DNA of 61,560 nt, the filler included. It is 5 parts of 5 records of this genome, joined end to end, with 100 filler letters (N's around TTAATTAATTAA, not from the genome) between each part and the next. Parts side by side here need not be neighbours in the genome. Positions count along the whole stretch, not along the records: positions 54,741 to 61,560 come from SRR31156797_425; 4 more parts are not named here. One strand, 5' to 3'. Below, one piece after another: positions 58,789 to 61,560 of this stretch. The notes below the pieces were generated by a model. That model saw only the letters and a list, made by a program, of their open reading frames with translations, had not been told where the DNA came from and did no database searches. Both the position numbers and the translations under genes were made by a program. Position 1 is the stretch's first letter. The number at the start of each line of letters is the position of its first letter.

Positions 58789-59418
58789 GGAGATGGAGCA
58801 AGTTTTTTCCGATCGTTTTGTTACTCAACAAAACAACAAGGCATTTCCTATTTTAATCTGTTCGAAATAAGAGTGAACACTTGTTATTCCCCCGGTTAAC
58901 ATATATTTTTAAGTCATTCGTTCCCGGTTACACAGAAAAGATTAGCAGCGAGGGAAAGCCACCCCGAATTGATTTTGTTGATGGTAAAAATTTAATAACA
59001 CCTAAGATGATTTATTTGCTCTATCGATAGACGTGGTTTTGAGAAATAATTACATAAAACATGAATATATCCAATAATATACAGGGAGTGGATTCGTAAA
59101 AATAAACATATAAGTAAGTTTGCAATAATTTTAAGAGACATAAAGATATTGAAGATGGTAATATGCCTGTATTAGTTGAATCAATTGTTGATGAATTAAA
59201 AAACTATAGATAAGAACTTAGAGCCAAATTAGAGCATTACTTCTAAACTTTAAATCAATCAATATAAAAATGAAAAAATCAATCCTTCTAATTTTTATTG
59301 TACTTAATAAATATAGTACTGTTAATAAAATATTGCGATTTGAGAGTTGGGAGCTTTAAAATGCCAGACGCCCCATATTAACATCGTGTGTTTCATTCTG
59401 ACCTAAAAAAGTATCATT

Positions 59419-61560
59419 ATGAGAAAAGTAATTCTGACATTACTCTACCTACTAGCAATAGCATTCAATTTATTTGCTACCGGACTATCCAAACCAAGTC
59501 TTTATAGTCCCGAAGATCTGGCTATACAACAAGACACTGTTGCTTTTATCATAGAATGGATTCAGGCAACTGACACCACCGGCGAGAAAGTAACCTACGA
59601 CCTGTACCTCAGTACCGATCCTGATCCGGTATTATTTCGATCTAATCTGGATCCTTCTGTGAATGGATACTACAACGGTACTACAAACGAGATAATAATG
59701 GAAAGTACCTTAGACATAAACGGAACATCCTATGCGGGAGGGTATTATCTGAATTGTTATGCAGATACACTAAAATACAACACGACCTATTACTGGAAAA
59801 TAGTTGCTAAAAACGTAAGTGGTGAGACAAGTGAAAGCGAAATATTTTCATTTACCACATACAACACGCCACCCGAAAAACCGACATTACTATCACCGAC
59901 AAATGGCGAAACGAATGTATCTTCCAAACCAACGCTAACGTGGAATAAAAGCAACGATATTGATGGAGATATTGCAACATACCACATACACTTTAAAAAA
60001 GAAGGGGAAAGTTTTAAATATTTTACATCAACAGGGACAGACACAAGCTATACCTTTAGCACGCAATTAGATGATTACACCACCTATTATTGGCAAATAC
60101 ATGCTGTAGATGCAATTACAAGTAAATCGAACAGTTCCTCATCATCAAGCTTTACCGTTGAAAACTACATAAACGATGCGCCGGTTATGGGTGCACTAAA
60201 AACGCCTTCCAATGGAACTAAAAATATCGGTTTTTATCCAATTAAATTTAAATGGACAGCTACCGAAATTGACAACGAACCGTTGAAATATAATATTTAC
60301 GCCGACCAAAACACCAATCCAACAATCCTTATTGCAGAAAATATCTCAGAAGACAGTCTTGTTTACTCTTTTGATCAATACGGCAGCTATTATTGGAAAG
60401 TAGTAGTTAAAGACACATCGGGACTATCCGACACATCAGCTGTCCATTCCTTTTCATGTTGGGAACAAGCGCCGGATTTCGTCCCTGAAATGGCAGATGT
60501 AAAAGATAATGACTTTATTCTGGGAATTGCTGATACCGTATTTTATTGGACAACTTATTTCTGTGATGGACGTGAAGTCGTTATAAAATTAACAAACGAA
60601 ACATGCCCAGCACATCGCGTAACATTAGATGATTATAAGATAAGCAAATATGAAATAACCAATAAGCAATACTGTACGTTTTTAAACTCATTAGTAGCCG
60701 GAGGCAATACCGCTATTGTTGACGCTCCTAACAGTCACAGAGTAAAATCATTCCCATATAAAGATGTCACATTTAAAGGTACAGTACTATGTCAGGTATT
60801 TGATATGACTCGAAGTTTGGCAGATAGAGACAGTGTAGCTTATGAAGAAATATACGATTCACCTATTATGTGGAACGGAACTGATTTTGAGGTAGATACA
60901 AATTTTACTAATCATCCTGTAAGATTTATGTTTTATAACGGAGCCAAAACATTTGCCAATTGGGTCGGAGATTATCGTTTACCAACCGATGCCGAGTGGG
61001 AAAATGCAGCAATGGGAGGCAGCCAAAGCCAAGGGTATATATACAGTGGCAGCAATGACTATGATGAAGTCGCCGTACATGCCGAAGATCCTTGCACAAG
61101 TTCCGCACAAGCGTATACAATGCCGGTCGGCTCCTTAAAACCAAACGAATTGGGGATTTATGATATGAGTGGTAATGTGAAAGAAATCTGCTCAGATTAT
61201 TACAGCAATTCATATTATGCCAATAGCCCGACTCATAATCCTGAAAACACAACTGAAGAAACATGGGGAGCCGTAGTCAGAGACGGTTGTTTCAATTATA
61301 ATGACGAATTTTATTTTAGAGTAAAAAGACGTGGCTATTTAGGCTATTTTCAATACATCAAAAACGCCGGATTTCGTCTTGCAAAAACAATTGATTATTA
61401 CACCGTTATCTTTAACGACTGGGATGATATGACATTAAAAATTGATACGGTTGAATATGAACAAGCAGCCACAGCACCTATTGATCCATCCCGTTCGGGC
61501 TATATATTTACAGGTTGGGATACCGATTTCAGTCAAGTAACCGAAGATTTAATTGTAACA
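59419..61560 (+). CDS. Large secreted protein: three FN3-like repeats, FGE-sulfatase (SUMF1/EgtB/PvdO) fold domain and InlB B-type repeat (3' truncated)
   Basis: Open frame from ATG 59419 to window end; signal peptide; three P....P.N/D...W...D....Y...YYW repeats; KYEITN.QY, HPV, RLPTDAEWE.AA.GG, PNELGIYDMSGNV.E, GFRL; then YTVIF.DWD...P.R.GY.FTGWD. Confidence 0.88.
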   Translation, partial: MRKVILTLLYLLAIAFNLFATGLSKPSLYSPEDLAIQQDTVAFIIEWIQATDTTGEKVTYDLYLSTDPDPVLFRSNLDPSVNGYYNGTTNEIIMESTLDINGTSYAGGYYLNCYADTLKYNTTYYWKIVAKNVSGETSESEIFSFTTYNTPPEKPTLLSPTNGETNVSSKPTLTWNKSNDIDGDIATYHIHFKKEGESFKYFTSTGTDTSYTFSTQLDDYTTYYWQIHAVDAITSKSNSSSSSSFTVENYINDAPVMGALKTPSNGTKNIGFYPIKFKWTATEIDNEPLKYNIYADQNTNPTILIAENISEDSLVYSFDQYGSYYWKVVVKDTSGLSDTSAVHSFSCWEQAPDFVPEMADVKDNDFILGIADTVFYWTTYFCDGREVVIKLTNETCPAHRVTLDDYKISKYEITNKQYCTFLNSLVAGGNTAIVDAPNSHRVKSFPYKDVTFKGTVLCQVFDMTRSLADRDSVAYEEIYDSPIMWNGTDFEVDTNFTNHPVRFMFYNGAKTFANWVGDYRLPTDAEWENAAMGGSQSQGYIYSGSNDYDEVAVHAEDPCTSSAQAYTMPVGSLKPNELGIYDMSGNVKEICSDYYSNSYYANSPTHNPENTTEETWGAVVRDGCFNYNDEFYFRVKRRGYLGYFQYIKNAGFRLAKTIDYYTVIFNDWDDMTLKIDTVEYEQAATAPIDPSRSGYIFTGWDTDFSQVTEDLIVT

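Noticed and set aside
59320-59392. TGTTAATA...TATTAACA inverted repeat as an attC-like site
   Set aside because: Single copy, no integrase, and only 8 bp in AT-rich DNA
61280-61385. Possible DGR variable region at the end of the FGE-fold domain
   Set aside because: No template repeat or reverse transcriptase in the window, and the domain is internal rather than C-terminal
1-61560. CRISPR arrays, transposases, integrases, rRNA
   Set aside because: No repeat-spacer arrays or matching motifs seen by eye

Overview
This window is not one locus. It is five unrelated contigs joined by artificial 100-nt linkers (N44-TTAATTAATTAA-N44) at 10972-11071, 35537-35636, 45259-45358 and 54641-54740. Taxon labels below are inferred from gene content and base composition. 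(1) 1-10971, GC-rich, Desulfobacterota-like housekeeping run: argG-argH-FN3 lipoprotein-lysA-dapF-dapA-dapB-FAH-[dapL relic]-folK-YHS-like-fsa-SLT-pgsA-tRNA-Gly (partial). (2) 11072-35536, Desulfobacterota-like: a non-canonical PHA module (phaZ-like, phaR, two phasin-like genes, divergent phaC-like, phaE-like) with repeated TGC-N3-GCA operators, a broken IPTL-CTERM gene, and a 16-kb minus-strand acyl-CoA catabolic cluster. That cluster is built around a B12-dependent acyl-CoA mutase with an unusual active site, and a phytoene-dehydrogenase-like flavoprotein sits between its two subunit genes. (3) 35637-45258, very AT-rich, Campylobacterota (Arcobacter-like): Pot-type ABC transporter plus GDPD, methyltransferases, small conserved genes and a candidate ncRNA. 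(4) 45359-54640, Desulfobacteraceae-like PEP-CTERM/exopolysaccharide locus. (5) 54741-61560, Bacteroidota-like: two tandem sRNA-like units, GDPD, two LpxL-family acyltransferases, a Flavo-1-like RNA element, and a large FN3/FGE-fold/InlB-repeat protein missing from the ORF track. Best candidates for new biology are the divergent mutase cluster, the PHA module with its operators, and the tandem sRNA pair. All family calls come from motif recognition by eye; no searches were run.
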